This document shows, one piece after another, positions 18,044 to 30,212 of a stretch of 39,915 bases of DNA. The notes below the pieces were generated by a model. It worked only from the letters and a program-made list of their open reading frames with translations, made no database searches and had not been told where the DNA came from. Positions within the stretch are counted from its first letter, which is position 1, and every line of letters starts with the position of its first letter. The translations under genes and the position numbers were made by a program. Origin of the DNA: Candidatus Nomurabacteria bacterium. Lineage in GTDB: Bacteria > Patescibacteriota > Minisyncoccia > Phycocordibacterales > UBA9973. Location of the stretch: positions 1 through 39,915 of the forward strand of contig JACPXJ010000004.1 of assembly GCA_016196605.1 (NCBI GenBank), in the 5' to 3' direction.

Positions 18044-18116
18044 CAAGGAGAGGGCCGGGGTGAGGTTCTTGAGTCAGGAACCTCCTCCCAGCCTCCCCCT
18101 TATTAAGGGGGAGGGG
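18030..18116. repeat. Inverted pair of REP-like hairpins (REPIN-like) overlapping the atpB stop
   Basis: CCCTCTCCTTAACAAGGAGAGGG...GAGGTTC-N9-GAACCTC...CCTCCCCCTTATTAAGGGGGAGG. Confidence 0.85.
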
Positions 18117-18133
18117 AATAAAAATTATTATAA

Positions 18134-18406
<273 letters not shown>

Positions 18407-18467
18407 TTTTTTGAGAATATAATTGGTTCTAAAAAATTAAAACTGCTCATATTCTAAACGAATAACT

Positions 18468-18917
18468 ATGGACTCAATTATTTCCACATTTCACATAGAC
18501 TGGAAAATTATCATTGCGCAGGCAGTTAATTTTGGCATTGTTTTTGCCGTTCTTTATATTTTTGCGCTCAAGCCGCTCAATAAGCTTATGGCAGAAAGAA
18601 CTGAGAAAATAAAAAAAGGCATTGATGATGCCAAGAAATCTGAAGAAATGCTCTTGAAAGCTGCCCATGAATATGAAGAGAACACCATAAAACTTCGAAA
18701 ACTATCAATAGACACCCAAAAAGAACTCAAAAAAGATTTAGAAAAATTAAGAGCAGAAAATATTGAAAGGATAAAAAAAGATGAAGCCGAACACATAAAA
18801 AAAAGAGCTGTCCAAATGGAAATTGACAAGAAGACTTTGGTCGAATCGGCAAAGAATGAAATCGCGTCTCTGGCTACATTGATTGCTAAAAAAATTATGG
18901 AAGGCGAGAAAAAATAA
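18468..18917 (+). CDS. atpF: ATP synthase Fo subunit b
   Basis: AQAVNF TM helix, KPL...ER, coiled coil, operon position. Confidence 0.93.
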   Translation: MDSIISTFHIDWKIIIAQAVNFGIVFAVLYIFALKPLNKLMAERTEKIKKGIDDAKKSEEMLLKAAHEYEENTIKLRKLSIDTQKELKKDLEKLRAENIERIKKDEAEHIKKRAVQMEIDKKTLVESAKNEIASLATLIAKKIMEGEKK

Positions 18918-18918
18918 C

Positions 18919-19329
18919 ATGGCAACAATTACTCCAAAAAATATTGCGGAAGCAATATATAATGCAACTAAGGATAAATCCGGAAGAGAGTTGGAAGAAT
19001 CGCTCCGGGGCTCTGTCCGAGTTTTGTGGCAGAAACGCATGATCGGCAAATCGGATGACATCCTGAAAGAATTACAAAACATTTTTGAGAGAAAAGAAGG
19101 AGTAGTGCGGGTTAAAGTTACCACTGCGGCGAAGATGGAAGAGGGAGTCAGAAAGAAATTAGAGTGGGAACTAAAAGAAAAGCATAAGGCGCGGGCGCTA
19201 CTCAGTGAATTTTTTGAAGAGAGAGATGTGCTGGGCGGGATGCGGGTCGAAGTTGGAGATGAAGTAACGGACGCTACATATAGAAATCGCCTCCGTCAAT
19301 TAGAAAAATTTTTAATGCAAGAAAAATAA
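18919..19329 (+). CDS. atpH: ATP synthase F1 subunit delta (short form)
   Basis: VKVTTA...[18 protein letters not shown]-terminal motif and operon position. Confidence 0.9.
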   Translation: MATITPKNIAEAIYNATKDKSGRELEESLRGSVRVLWQKRMIGKSDDILKELQNIFERKEGVVRVKVTTAAKMEEGVRKKLEWELKEKHKARALLSEFFEERDVLGGMRVEVGDEVTDATYRNRLRQLEKFLMQEK

Positions 19330-19334
19330 AGGAA

Positions 19335-20867
19335 ATGTCAAATCAGATAGTAGAAAATTTAAGAAAGGAAATAGAAGCATTCAAAGCGGAAGTCAAAACC
19401 GAGAAAGTCGGCAAGGTAATGGAAGTTTTTGACGGAATCGCCAAGGTTTCCGGCCTTTCTGACATTCGGTCAGGAGAAATGGTCACATTCCAAAATGGCG
19501 AGAGAGGAGTTGCGCTTAATCTGGAGGAGGATGCAGTCGGCGTCATAATTCTGGGTGACTTTTCTAAAATAAAAGAAGGCGACGAAGTAAAGGCTACCGG
19601 AAGAATTTTAGAAATATCGGTATCTAATAATATTTTGGGCAGAGTTGTGAACGCTATCGGTGTTCCCATTGACGGCAAAGGGGCAATCTCCGCCCAAGGC
19701 GGATCCGCCTCGGGCGGAAAAAGTTCCATAGAATATTATCCAATTGAAAAAGTGGCTCCCGGAGTGATTACCAGAGAGAGCGTGGGGGAGCCGGTCGCTA
19801 CGGGCATTAAGGCAATAGACGCTATTATCCCGATCGGCCGCGGACAGCGCGAGCTCTTGATCGGTGACAGGCAGACGGGAAAAACCGCCATCGCCATTGA
19901 CGCCATTTTGAATCAAAAGGGCCAGAATATGATTTGTGTCTATGTTTCTATCGGACAAAAAGATTCAAAATTACGCAAATTGCAGGCGCGACTCGAAGCA
20001 GGCAATAGCATGGAATATACGGTCATAGTCTCTGCCGGCGCATCAGAAGCCGCAGCCCTTTCTTATATCGCTCCTTACACTGGAGTTTCTATCGCAGAAT
20101 TTTTTATGGATCAAGGAAAAGATGTCTTAATTATTTATGATGATCTTTCCAAGCACGCTGTGGCCTATCGAGAAATTTCTCTGCTTCTCCGCCGTCCTCC
20201 CGGCCGTGAAGCGTATCCGGGAGACGTTTTTTATCTGCACTCCCGGCTTTTGGAACGCGCCTGCCGGAGAAATGCAAAATATGGCGGGGGATCGATAACG
20301 GCGCTGCCAATTATTGAGACGCAGGCGGGAGATATTTCTGCCTATATTCCAACAAATGTTATTTCCATCACTGACGGGCAAATTTTCTTGGAAACCGACC
20401 TCTTTTACAAAGGTGTCCGACCGGCGGTCAACGTGGGATCATCCGTGTCTCGTGTCGGCTCCAGCGCCCAGATAAAGGCAATGAAGAAGGTGGCAGGCAC
20501 GCTCAAGCTCGACCTCGCGCAATTCCGCGAGCTCGAAGCTTTCTCTCAATTCGGTTCTGATTTGGACGATGCAACCAAGCGCCAGCTGGAACGGGGCAAG
20601 AGAGCCGTGGAAGTCTTGAAACAGACTCAATATGCACCAGTTAAGACCGAACATCAAGTGGTGACTTTATATGCTCTTACAAAAGGTTATATGGATGACG
20701 TACCAGTAAATAAAATAAAAGAATTTGAAAGCGGACTTATTGACTACACTGAGAGAAATGCAAAAACTTTTTATAAAGAAGTTATAGAAAGTAAAATGTG
20801 GACAGACAAAGGCGAAGAGCAATTAAAGAAAGCAATTGCGGATTTTAAAAGTAGTTTTATAAAATAA
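19335..20867 (+). CDS. atpA: ATP synthase F1 subunit alpha
   Basis: [30 protein letters not shown]. Confidence 0.99.
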   Translation: MSNQIVENLRKEIEAFKAEVKTEKVGKVMEVFDGIAKVSGLSDIRSGEMVTFQNGERGVALNLEEDAVGVIILGDFSKIKEGDEVKATGRILEISVSNNILGRVVNAIGVPIDGKGAISAQGGSASGGKSSIEYYPIEKVAPGVITRESVGEPVATGIKAIDAIIPIGRGQRELLIGDRQTGKTAIAIDAILNQKGQNMICVYVSIGQKDSKLRKLQARLEAGNSMEYTVIVSAGASEAAALSYIAPYTGVSIAEFFMDQGKDVLIIYDDLSKHAVAYREISLLLRRPPGREAYPGDVFYLHSRLLERACRRNAKYGGGSITALPIIETQAGDISAYIPTNVISITDGQIFLETDLFYKGVRPAVNVGSSVSRVGSSAQIKAMKKVAGTLKLDLAQFRELEAFSQFGSDLDDATKRQLERGKRAVEVLKQTQYAPVKTEHQVVTLYALTKGYMDDVPVNKIKEFESGLIDYTERNAKTFYKEVIESKMWTDKGEEQLKKAIADFKSSFIK

Positions 20868-20924
20868 TGGCCGGCATCCCGAACGAAAGCAAAGCTTCGT
20901 ACGGGACAGGCAAAAGAAATTTAC

Positions 20925-21866
20925 ATGGCGGGTACTAAAGAGATAAAACGACGAATTAGATCAGTCAAGAACACCAAGAAGATCACAAAGGCGATGGAGC
21001 TGGTGGCGGCTTCCAAGATGAAGCGAGTCGTTTCTTTGACGCTTGCTTCCCGATTATATGCTGAATATTCTTGGGAGATTTTGACCTCGATAGCTAAAAA
21101 TGTGGAAGAATTGGAACATCCGCTTTTCGCAGAAAGAAAGAAAAAGAAAAATGAAAAAGAGAATATTTTATTGATACTTATCACTTCAAATAGGGGTCTT
21201 TGTGGCGCTTATAATGCGCAAATAATGAAAAAAGCTCTTACTTTTTTAAAAACTAATAAAAACGCCAACATAAGTTTAGGGTCAGTTGGCAAAAAGGGAG
21301 AAATTTTCATTAATCGCACGATTGGATTTTCTTCAGCGAACTTTATTCTAGATGATGTAACTCTTGCCGATATTGAACCAGTTGCAAAATATGTTATAGA
21401 TGAATATAAAAATTTAACATACGGTAAAGTTTTGGTGGCTTATACTGATTTTATTTCCGCTCTTACCCAAAAGCCGAACATCAAGCAGATATTGCCTGTA
21501 TCCAAAGTTGATCTCAAAAAAGTGATCGAGTCTTTGGAGAATATTCGTCACGCGGAAGTCGGACTTCCGCAAAGCCAAAGCGGAAGTCCGACTTCCGCGC
21601 AAATTAAAGTGGATTATTTGTTTGAAGGGGATAAGGTAAAATTGATTAGCTCGCTTGCGGAAAAGCTTACCCGAATGCAAATATATCAGATGATAATCGA
21701 ATCAAACGCGAGCGAGCAGTCGAGTCGTATGGTTGCCATGAAGAATGCCTCGGACGCTTCCGGAGAAATGATAGATGATCTGACCTTGATGTTCAACAAA
21801 GCGAGACAGGCGAATATTACCAGAGAAATATCAGAAATAAGCGCGGGGATGGCATCCGTAAGCTGA
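20925..21866 (+). CDS. atpG: ATP synthase F1 subunit gamma
   Basis: KITKAMELVAASK, NRGLCGAYN, ARQANITREISEI. Confidence 0.98.
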   Translation: MAGTKEIKRRIRSVKNTKKITKAMELVAASKMKRVVSLTLASRLYAEYSWEILTSIAKNVEELEHPLFAERKKKKNEKENILLILITSNRGLCGAYNAQIMKKALTFLKTNKNANISLGSVGKKGEIFINRTIGFSSANFILDDVTLADIEPVAKYVIDEYKNLTYGKVLVAYTDFISALTQKPNIKQILPVSKVDLKKVIESLENIRHAEVGLPQSQSGSPTSAQIKVDYLFEGDKVKLISSLAEKLTRMQIYQMIIESNASEQSSRMVAMKNASDASGEMIDDLTLMFNKARQANITREISEISAGMASVS

Positions 21867-21919
21867 CGCTTACGGGATATTTAAATATTTAAAAATATAA
21901 ACAAAAAATTATCAATTAA

Positions 21920-23335
<1,416 letters not shown>

Positions 23336-23398
23336 AATTTTTTAACAAGGACGGTCCTTAAGAGAGTTTCCCCAAGGACCGTCCTTAAGAAAAAATTT

Positions 23399-23851
23399 AT
23401 GGCAAAACAATTGAAATTAAAAATAGTCACTCCGGAGCGTCTTGTGCTCGAGGAAATGGTAGATCAGGTAAGTCTTCCCACAACCGAGGGTGAAATAACT
23501 ATTCTGCCGGGCCATATTCCATTAATTACCGGTCTTGCAAGCGGGGACGTAGTGGCTGTGTCAAAGGACGAGTATGTGCCGATGGCAATAGTCGGGGGAT
23601 TTGTGGAAGTGAAGCCCGGGCAAAATGGCGAAGTAGCCACCGAAGTCGCGGTGCTGGCAGACTTTGCGGAGCATGTATCGGAACTTTCCGAGGACAAAAT
23701 CGGCCAGGCGAAAGCTCGCGCGGAGGAATTGAAAAAGCAGATGGAAAATAAACAGCACGTGGACTTCGAGCACTTCGAAGCCGAATTGGAAAGATCTCTC
23801 ACTCGCGTGAAAATTGCCGATAAATGGCGAACAAGAAAATATCGTAAATAA
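23399..23851 (+). CDS. atpC: ATP synthase F1 subunit epsilon
   Basis: IVTPER...EGEITILPGHIP...GGFVEV. Confidence 0.96.
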   Translation: MAKQLKLKIVTPERLVLEEMVDQVSLPTTEGEITILPGHIPLITGLASGDVVAVSKDEYVPMAIVGGFVEVKPGQNGEVATEVAVLADFAEHVSELSEDKIGQAKARAEELKKQMENKQHVDFEHFEAELERSLTRVKIADKWRTRKYRK

Positions 23852-23878
23852 TACATTCGACAAGCTCAGTATAAAAAT

Positions 23879-24619
23879 ATGTCAAAATTTTACATAGTTG
23901 CGACGCCGATAGGAAATATGGGAGACATCACCCTAAGGGCAATTGAAACCTTGAAAAATGTCGATTTAATTTTGTGCGAGGATACGCGAGAGACGCATAA
24001 AATTTTAGAAAAATATGGAATATCTACGCCGACTATGAGTTATCCATCCGACGATGTCGTCAGAAAAAACTCCAGACAGAGCAACAAATTTGACAAAATT
24101 TTTGAATTATTGGAAGAGGGGAAAGATCTTGCTCTAGTTTCTGACGCGGGTACACCGACCATTTCTGACCCGGGCGCGATGCTAGTTTCTAAAATTAAAG
24201 AAAAGTTTAACCTCACCCCTTCGCCCCTCTCCTTATCAAGGAGAGGGGTTGGGGGAGAGGTGAGTGTGATTCCTATTCCCGGTCCTTCGGCTGTCATTGC
24301 GGCGCTCTCTGCTTCAGGCCTGCCTACTCATGAATTTACTTTTCTCGGTTTTTTACCGCACAAAAAGGGCAGAGAGACTTTGTTTAAAGAAATCGTCGAG
24401 TCAGAAAGGACAATGGTGTTTTACGAATCTCCCCACAGAATTTTAAAAACACTTGAAGCTCTCGTTAAATTCTGTCCTGATAAAAAAGTCTGCGTTGCGA
24501 GGGAGCTTACGAAAATTTATGAAGAATTTAAAACCGGGACACCATCGGAAATATTATATTATCTAGTTCAAAACCCTGTAAAACAAAAAGGGGAGTTTAC
24601 GGTTATCGTTGCATGGTAG
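23879..24619 (+). CDS. rsmI: 16S rRNA (C1402-2'-O)-methyltransferase
   Basis: VATPIGN, CEDTR, SDAGTPTISDPG, YESPHR, RELTKIYEE, KGEF. Confidence 0.96.
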   Translation: MSKFYIVATPIGNMGDITLRAIETLKNVDLILCEDTRETHKILEKYGISTPTMSYPSDDVVRKNSRQSNKFDKIFELLEEGKDLALVSDAGTPTISDPGAMLVSKIKEKFNLTPSPLSLSRRGVGGEVSVIPIPGPSAVIAALSASGLPTHEFTFLGFLPHKKGRETLFKEIVESERTMVFYESPHRILKTLEALVKFCPDKKVCVARELTKIYEEFKTGTPSEILYYLVQNPVKQKGEFTVIVAW

Positions 24620-24644
24620 TGTCAAAGAGACACTTTGACAGGTT

Positions 24645-26600
24645 TTACAGCAAATCTTCCGGATCCACGGTTACTTCGAAAGAAGAAGGCAAAGACGAGA
24701 GTTTACCAAAAAGACTTTGATCGATGGAATAATTCGGGGTGAGAAAAGGCAGAGACCAACTTTTTGGGTTCACCTTTATGAGGGCATTAGTTGCATACTT
24801 GCTCTTTAGCTTGGCGACAAATCCGCTAAAAATTTCAGGACTGTATTCTTTTAAAATTTCCTTAAGAATCTTTCGCGCATTTTGCATTTCTTCTTTGTTT
24901 CCTAAGTGCGTAACTTTTATAAAGCGCTTATAAGGCGGGTATGAGAATTTTTTTCTTTCTTCCAGCTCCTCTCGTACAAATGAAAGAATGTTTGAATTTT
25001 TTACCGCAAGAATAGCCGAATCATTAGGATTTTTTGTCTGAATCAAAAGTTTTGTTGCGGTTTTTTCTAGGACCGAAAGTAAAATATGAATTATTTTTTC
25101 ACCCATAGCAAAGTTCGGGATGCTCCAGAGTGAATCGAAAGAAGCGATAATCGAAAGCGGCACTTTATTTTTTAAGTATGAGAATGCCATTTCCGTTCCT
25201 ATCAGAATGGCGCCTTCGTTATTTTCAAATCCTTTGATTATTTCTTCAGCCCCTTTTTTGTTTCTTGCAGTTTCTTTGTCGAGCTGGAAAATCTTTTCCT
25301 TTCCGAATACTTTTTTAACCTCCTCATATACCGTATCTGTGCCAATGCCAAGCGGCATCAAGTTCCAGCTATGGCAATTCGCGCAAGATGTTTCAGGATC
25401 AACGGCTTTTTTGCATCGATTACAGCTGAAGATTCTTCTGTTTCCATCTTTTGAAAGATATAAGACGACAGGGGCGGAGCAAGTAGCGCATGCAAGTGTT
25501 TCTCCGCAATCTCGACAAATAGTTTGGGTGGCTAGGCCTTTACGCAAAGCAAAAATAAATACATTTTTCTTTTTACTGATATATTGCCTTATTTCATTTT
25601 CACTCTGATCTAAGAGAACTTTGAACTTTTTCTCCCCCTTCGTTAGAACGTCCTTAATGGGCTTGCCTCTCTCGAGAATTTTAATATCACCGTCAAAGTT
25701 GATCCGGAAAGAAAGAGGATAGAGGAGGGGCAGGTTTTCGGTATCTTTTCGGCTGATAGTTGTAAAAGATAGCAAAGTATCGCTTAAAATAAATTTAGCC
25801 CTGCTTCGAGAAGCAAAAAGTTCCACAAAAACTCGAAGATCGATATAAGGCCGTTCGATTTTCCGGTAACTATTAGAACTCTCTCGTTCTAGAATTATCG
25901 TTTTAAAATCCGGCCGCGGCAAGGATAAAAACGGAGGTGTGGCGAGAACGAGTACAGGATGAGTTGTTTTTAAAAGATCCTTTATCCTTAAAAAATTTTT
26001 CTTAGTGCTTAGCCCGCCGTGAAATTCAAATGTGAACTGTTCTATTCCGCGTGAAAGCAATTGATGGAAAATTCTTATATCATGCTCAGTCGGAAGCGCA
26101 ATAAAAACTGATTTTTTTTCCGCGAAAGAACTTCGGATAAGTGTTTTATATGAAGAAATGCGTTCTTCGAGGGGGGCTTGAAAAATTAATTTTTCACTTT
26201 TTACAGAGTCGTTCTCCTTTTTTTCCAGGGAAATACTTTTTGTATATGACTCCGCTATTTCATCGTAATATTCTCGGAAAATACTCGGTATGAGGGTTGT
26301 AATAGTGTTATTTGCGCCGGCTAAGAAATAGTTGGCAGTATCTATTGCTGATTCCAAAAGCCGAGGTGAAAAAATTGAAGTTTTTTTAATTTCAATTATC
26401 TTTCGCAAATTAAAATCCATATTTTTCACATCGGCTTTAATGTCGCTGGCGTCTCTCGAAGAGACGACTAGCCCAAGGGTATTTTTACTGCGTAGGGGAA
26501 TATTTACCAGAGACCCGGCAGAAATGTCTTGCGCTGAAAAATAGGTTAAATTTTGCCCTAATGGCCCTTTTTTGAGCGGTATAACGGTCAGAATTTTCAT
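24645..26600 (-). CDS. priA: Primosomal protein N' (PriA)-like, helicase motifs degenerate
   Basis: N-terminal LTY...GSLVNIPL, four CxxC Zn motifs, GIGT, ILIGT, YPPY; no Walker A or DExH motif. Confidence 0.88.
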   Translation of the reverse strand: MKILTVIPLKKGPLGQNLTYFSAQDISAGSLVNIPLRSKNTLGLVVSSRDASDIKADVKNMDFNLRKIIEIKKTSIFSPRLLESAIDTANYFLAGANNTITTLIPSIFREYYDEIAESYTKSISLEKKENDSVKSEKLIFQAPLEERISSYKTLIRSSFAEKKSVFIALPTEHDIRIFHQLLSRGIEQFTFEFHGGLSTKKNFLRIKDLLKTTHPVLVLATPPFLSLPRPDFKTIILERESSNSYRKIERPYIDLRVFVELFASRSRAKFILSDTLLSFTTISRKDTENLPLLYPLSFRINFDGDIKILERGKPIKDVLTKGEKKFKVLLDQSENEIRQYISKKKNVFIFALRKGLATQTICRDCGETLACATCSAPVVLYLSKDGNRRIFSCNRCKKAVDPETSCANCHSWNLMPLGIGTDTVYEEVKKVFGKEKIFQLDKETARNKKGAEEIIKGFENNEGAILIGTEMAFSYLKNKVPLSIIASFDSLWSIPNFAMGEKIIHILLSVLEKTATKLLIQTKNPNDSAILAVKNSNILSFVREELEERKKFSYPPYKRFIKVTHLGNKEEMQNARKILKEILKEYSPEIFSGFVAKLKSKYATNALIKVNPKSWSLPFLTPNYSIDQSLFGKLSSLPSSFEVTVDPEDLL

Positions 26601-26638
26601 CCTTTCATTTTAACACATATATGTTATATTACTTTTAT

Positions 26639-27652
26639 ATGGGCATTTTTTCTAAGAAATTAGGCATAGATCTAGGAACTGCGAATACTCTGGTTTTTTT
26701 GCCAGGCAAAGGAATAATTCTGAATGAGCCTTCAGTGGTGGCGGTTTCAGAGCAGGACAATAAAATTTTGGCGATCGGTTTTGAAGCCAAAGACATGATA
26801 GGCAAGACTCCGGAATCCATTATCACCTATTGCCCAATGAAAGACGGGGTGATAGCGGATTACAGGGTGACGGAGGCGATGCTCCGTTATTTTATAAATA
26901 AAGCCATGGGGCGTTTTAATTTCTTTAAGCCGGACGTGATGGTTTCTGTGCCGGCTGGCGTCACGAGCACAGAGAGGCGCGCAGTGGTGGAAGCAGCGGT
27001 GCGCGCAGGCGCGAGAAACGCTTATGTGGTGAAAGAACCTATCCTCGCTGCTATCGGGGCGGGGATTCCGATTTACGAGCCGAGAGGGCACATGGTGGTG
27101 GATATCGGCGGGGGTACGACTGACGTTGCGGTCATTTCGCTCGGCGGCATAGTGTCTTCGACCTCGGTGAAATGCGCCGGTAATAAGATTGATCAAGCTA
27201 TCGCTGACTACATAAAGAAAACTTTTAATTTAGCGATTGGAGACAGGACGGCTGAAGAGGTCAAAATCAAGATAGGCGCCGCCGTTCCTTTAGAGGAGGA
27301 GCTCTCCGTGACAATCAAGGGGCGAGATTACATTCAAGGGTTGCCCAGATCAGCGAGAGTTGGCACGAATGAAATAGTCAAAGCGATAGACGGAGAGCTC
27401 CGACAGATAATAAAAGCGATCAAGGACGTATTACAGGAAACTCCGCCTGAACTTGCTTCGGATATTATCGATCAAGGCATAATCATGACCGGAGGATCAT
27501 CCCAGCTGCGCAATTTAACTGACTTGGTTTATAGAAAAACCGGAGTCAAGGCAACTCTGGCGGAAGATCCGCTGTTTTGCGTCGCAAAAGGCACAGGCAT
27601 AGCGCTTGAGCACTTGGATGTCTATAAAAAAGCCGTGCTAAGCAAAAAGTAG
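26639..27652 (+). CDS. mreB: Rod shape-determining protein MreB
   Basis: GIDLGTANT, EPSVVA, VDIGGGTT, MTGGSSQL. Confidence 0.97.
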   Translation: MGIFSKKLGIDLGTANTLVFLPGKGIILNEPSVVAVSEQDNKILAIGFEAKDMIGKTPESIITYCPMKDGVIADYRVTEAMLRYFINKAMGRFNFFKPDVMVSVPAGVTSTERRAVVEAAVRAGARNAYVVKEPILAAIGAGIPIYEPRGHMVVDIGGGTTDVAVISLGGIVSSTSVKCAGNKIDQAIADYIKKTFNLAIGDRTAEEVKIKIGAAVPLEEELSVTIKGRDYIQGLPRSARVGTNEIVKAIDGELRQIIKAIKDVLQETPPELASDIIDQGIIMTGGSSQLRNLTDLVYRKTGVKATLAEDPLFCVAKGTGIALEHLDVYKKAVLSKK

Positions 27653-27684
27653 AATTAGTTGCTAGTGACTAGCTTCTAGAACCT

Positions 27685-28413
27685 ATGAACCTAATCAATC
27701 AGCATTTAGACAAAAATAATCTGCATCACGCGTATCTCCTTGAAGGCGAACGGGAAGCTGTTGCGGGAGAGGTTTTAAAATTTATGGATGAATTGGAAGT
27801 AAAAACTGCCGGCAATCCTGACTTTACTCATATCGCGCTTGATAGCTTTAAAATTGAAGACGCGCGCAATCTAAAATCGTTTGCCAATGAGAGAGCATTT
27901 TCCGGAGGCAAGAAAATATTTATGATTTCCGCGAACAGTCTGCTGCTCGAAGCACAGCATAGTCTGCTAAAAATGTTTGAAGAACCGGTAGAGAATACGC
28001 ATTTTTTTGTCATTGTTCCCGACGCAAATTCTCTGCTCAAAACTCTGGTTTCCAGATTTTACGTAGTTTCAGCTAGGCAAGACCTAGCTAGTGAAGTAAA
28101 AAATGCGGAAAAATTTATCGGTATGCCTTTACAAAAAAGAATTAATTTTATAAAAGAATTATTAGTTGAACCTGAAGAAACCGACGGCGAAGGTAATGAA
28201 GTTGTCGTTTTAGATTCTACGCGCTCTAAAGCTCTGAAATTCTTAAATGCGCTAGAATTAATTTTGCACAAGAATTTGATGTCAAAGCCCGCCTTTGACA
28301 CGGAGGCAAAATGTTTTGAGCACTTTTTCAAGATCCGCAAGTTTTTGCGCATGCCGGGAAGTTCTGTGAAAATGTTAATGGAATCTGTTGCTTTAATAGT
28401 TCCAATTCTATGA
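27685..28413 (+). CDS. DNA polymerase III delta'-like clamp-loader subunit
   Basis: LHHAYLL, NPDF, EAQHSLLKMFEEP, LLKTLVSRF; resembles HolB. Confidence 0.8.
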   Translation: MNLINQHLDKNNLHHAYLLEGEREAVAGEVLKFMDELEVKTAGNPDFTHIALDSFKIEDARNLKSFANERAFSGGKKIFMISANSLLLEAQHSLLKMFEEPVENTHFFVIVPDANSLLKTLVSRFYVVSARQDLASEVKNAEKFIGMPLQKRINFIKELLVEPEETDGEGNEVVVLDSTRSKALKFLNALELILHKNLMSKPAFDTEAKCFEHFFKIRKFLRMPGSSVKMLMESVALIVPIL

Positions 28414-28425
28414 TAGAATACATTT

Positions 28426-28977
28426 ATGCAATACAATTTCACAAATTTTAAGGCAGAAATTAAAAAAGTGGGTGAATTCTTGAGCAAAGAATATAGTCAA
28501 TTAAACATCGGCCGGGCTTCGCCTATGGTTTTAGACGGTGTAATGGTGGAGTCTTATGGATCGCGTGTACCGCTTAAAAATACTGCTTCCGTTTCCATTG
28601 AAGACCCAAAAACTTTGCGCGTGGCGCCGTGGGATAAGAATCAGATTAAAGATATCGAAAAGGCTATAGCGAGCGCCAATCTGGGCTTGTCTGTCGCGTC
28701 AGATGATTCTGGCGTCCGGGTAATATTCCCGCAATTAACGACCGAAACAAGGCAGAAACTGGTGAAGGTTTTGAAGGATAAATTGGAAGAAGCTAGAATC
28801 GCTGTGCGTCGTGAACGAGAAGTTATCTGGAAAGATGTAGAAATGAAAGAAAAAGAAGGGAAATTGACAGAAGACGAGAAATTTCGAGCCAAGGACGAAT
28901 TGCAGAAAATAATTGATGAGGCAAATAAAAGTTTGGAAGCTAGCTTTGAAAAGAAGCAGAAAGAGGTGATGGGGTAG
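28426..28977 (+). CDS. frr: Ribosome recycling factor
   Basis: GRASP, VESYG, PWDK, PQLTTETR. Confidence 0.96.
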   Translation: MQYNFTNFKAEIKKVGEFLSKEYSQLNIGRASPMVLDGVMVESYGSRVPLKNTASVSIEDPKTLRVAPWDKNQIKDIEKAIASANLGLSVASDDSGVRVIFPQLTTETRQKLVKVLKDKLEEARIAVRREREVIWKDVEMKEKEGKLTEDEKFRAKDELQKIIDEANKSLEASFEKKQKEVMG

Positions 28978-29014
28978 CTGATAGGGTTACAGCTTTTAGC
29001 TTATAGGAAATACG

Positions 29015-30151
29015 ATGAACATTTTAATTTTCTTGATTATTCTTCTAGTCTTGGTTTTAGTCCATGAGTTTGGGCATTTTTTTACTGCAAAAAAGTTCGG
29101 TATAAGAGTTGATGAATTCGGCTTTGGTTTTCCGCCGAAAATTGCAGGAATAAAAAAGGGTGAGACAGAGTATAGTCTTAATGCCTTGCCATTTGGCGGA
29201 TTTGTCAAGATTTTTGGCGAAAACGGAGAAGATTCTGTGAAGGTCGAACCTTCCCAAAATACTCATAGGGAAGGTTCGACCTTCACAGATGTGGATGCGA
29301 GCAGGAGTTTTGTGAATAGGCCAAAATGGCAGCAGGCGATAGTTCTTTTTGCCGGCGTGTTTATGAATTTTATTTTAGCTTGGATATTATTTTCTGTCGG
29401 TTTCATGTCCGGGCTTCCGACATCAGTCGGGAATGAAGCGAAAGGGCAGGTTCTTGAAAACGTAAATTTAACTGTTGTTTCTGTGTTAGAAACATCTCCG
29501 GCATTTATGGCAGGACTTAAATCCGGCGATAAGATAGTATCGGTACAAAGTGGACAGGATTCGTTAAGCAAGATTGATCCTGAAACTTTGAAATCCTTTA
29601 TCGTTGCCCATCCAGATAAAGAAATAGAGGTCGGATACGAGAGGGGTAACAATATTCAGGTTGCTAAAGTAACACCCATTCAAAATACCGAACAGGATAA
29701 ACCAATGATAGGCATATCCATGGATATGATTGGTACGGCCAAACTTCCATTTTTAACGGCTTTTAAAGAAGGAATGACCTTGACACTATTTGTTACAAAA
29801 GGTACAGCCGTGGGGCTCTATACGCTTATTTCTGAAGCAGTGAGAGGTCAAGGTAGTCTGGACTCGGTGACGGGGATCGTGGGCATGGTGGGTATGACAG
29901 GTGATGCATACGAATTTGGTTTTGTTTATCTCCTGTCATTTACCGCGCTTATTTCGGTGAACCTTGCGATCATAAATTTAGTTCCGATTCCGGCGCTGGA
30001 TGGCGGACGGCTGCTGTTCCTTCTTATTGAAAAAATAAAAGGGTCGCGTCTAAATTCTAAATTTACCAATACCGCCAACGCTGTCGGTTTCGGCGCCTTA
30101 ATAATTCTCATGCTGGTTATTACATATCACGATGTAGTAAAATTATTTTGA
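29015..30151 (+). CDS. rseP: RIP metalloprotease RseP (M50 with PDZ)
   Basis: HEFGH, LPFGGFV, PDZ SPA...GLKSGD, NLVPIPALDGG. Confidence 0.95.
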   Translation: MNILIFLIILLVLVLVHEFGHFFTAKKFGIRVDEFGFGFPPKIAGIKKGETEYSLNALPFGGFVKIFGENGEDSVKVEPSQNTHREGSTFTDVDASRSFVNRPKWQQAIVLFAGVFMNFILAWILFSVGFMSGLPTSVGNEAKGQVLENVNLTVVSVLETSPAFMAGLKSGDKIVSVQSGQDSLSKIDPETLKSFIVAHPDKEIEVGYERGNNIQVAKVTPIQNTEQDKPMIGISMDMIGTAKLPFLTAFKEGMTLTLFVTKGTAVGLYTLISEAVRGQGSLDSVTGIVGMVGMTGDAYEFGFVYLLSFTALISVNLAIINLVPIPALDGGRLLFLLIEKIKGSRLNSKFTNTANAVGFGALIILMLVITYHDVVKLF

Positions 30152-30203
30152 CCTCTCCCTAGCCCCTCTCCTTATTAAGGAGAGGGGAAAAAAGGGGTGA
30201 GGT
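30151..30203. repeat. REP-like hairpin, CCCTCTCCTT-N3-AAGGAGAGGG family
   Basis: ACCTC...CCCCTCTCCTTATTAAGGAGAGGGG...GAGGT, starting at the rseP stop codon. Confidence 0.88.
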
Positions 30204-30212
30204 GAATTTGTT

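Noticed and set aside
25641..25659. Degenerate palindrome CGTTAGAACGTCCTTAATG in priA
   Set aside because: Too short and mismatched to distinguish from chance without orthologue alignment.
27650..29006. TAG(C/T)-rich quasi-periodic spacers after mreB (about 27655-27680) and frr (about 28975-29006)
   Set aside because: Short and degenerate; no consistent repeat unit could be defined.
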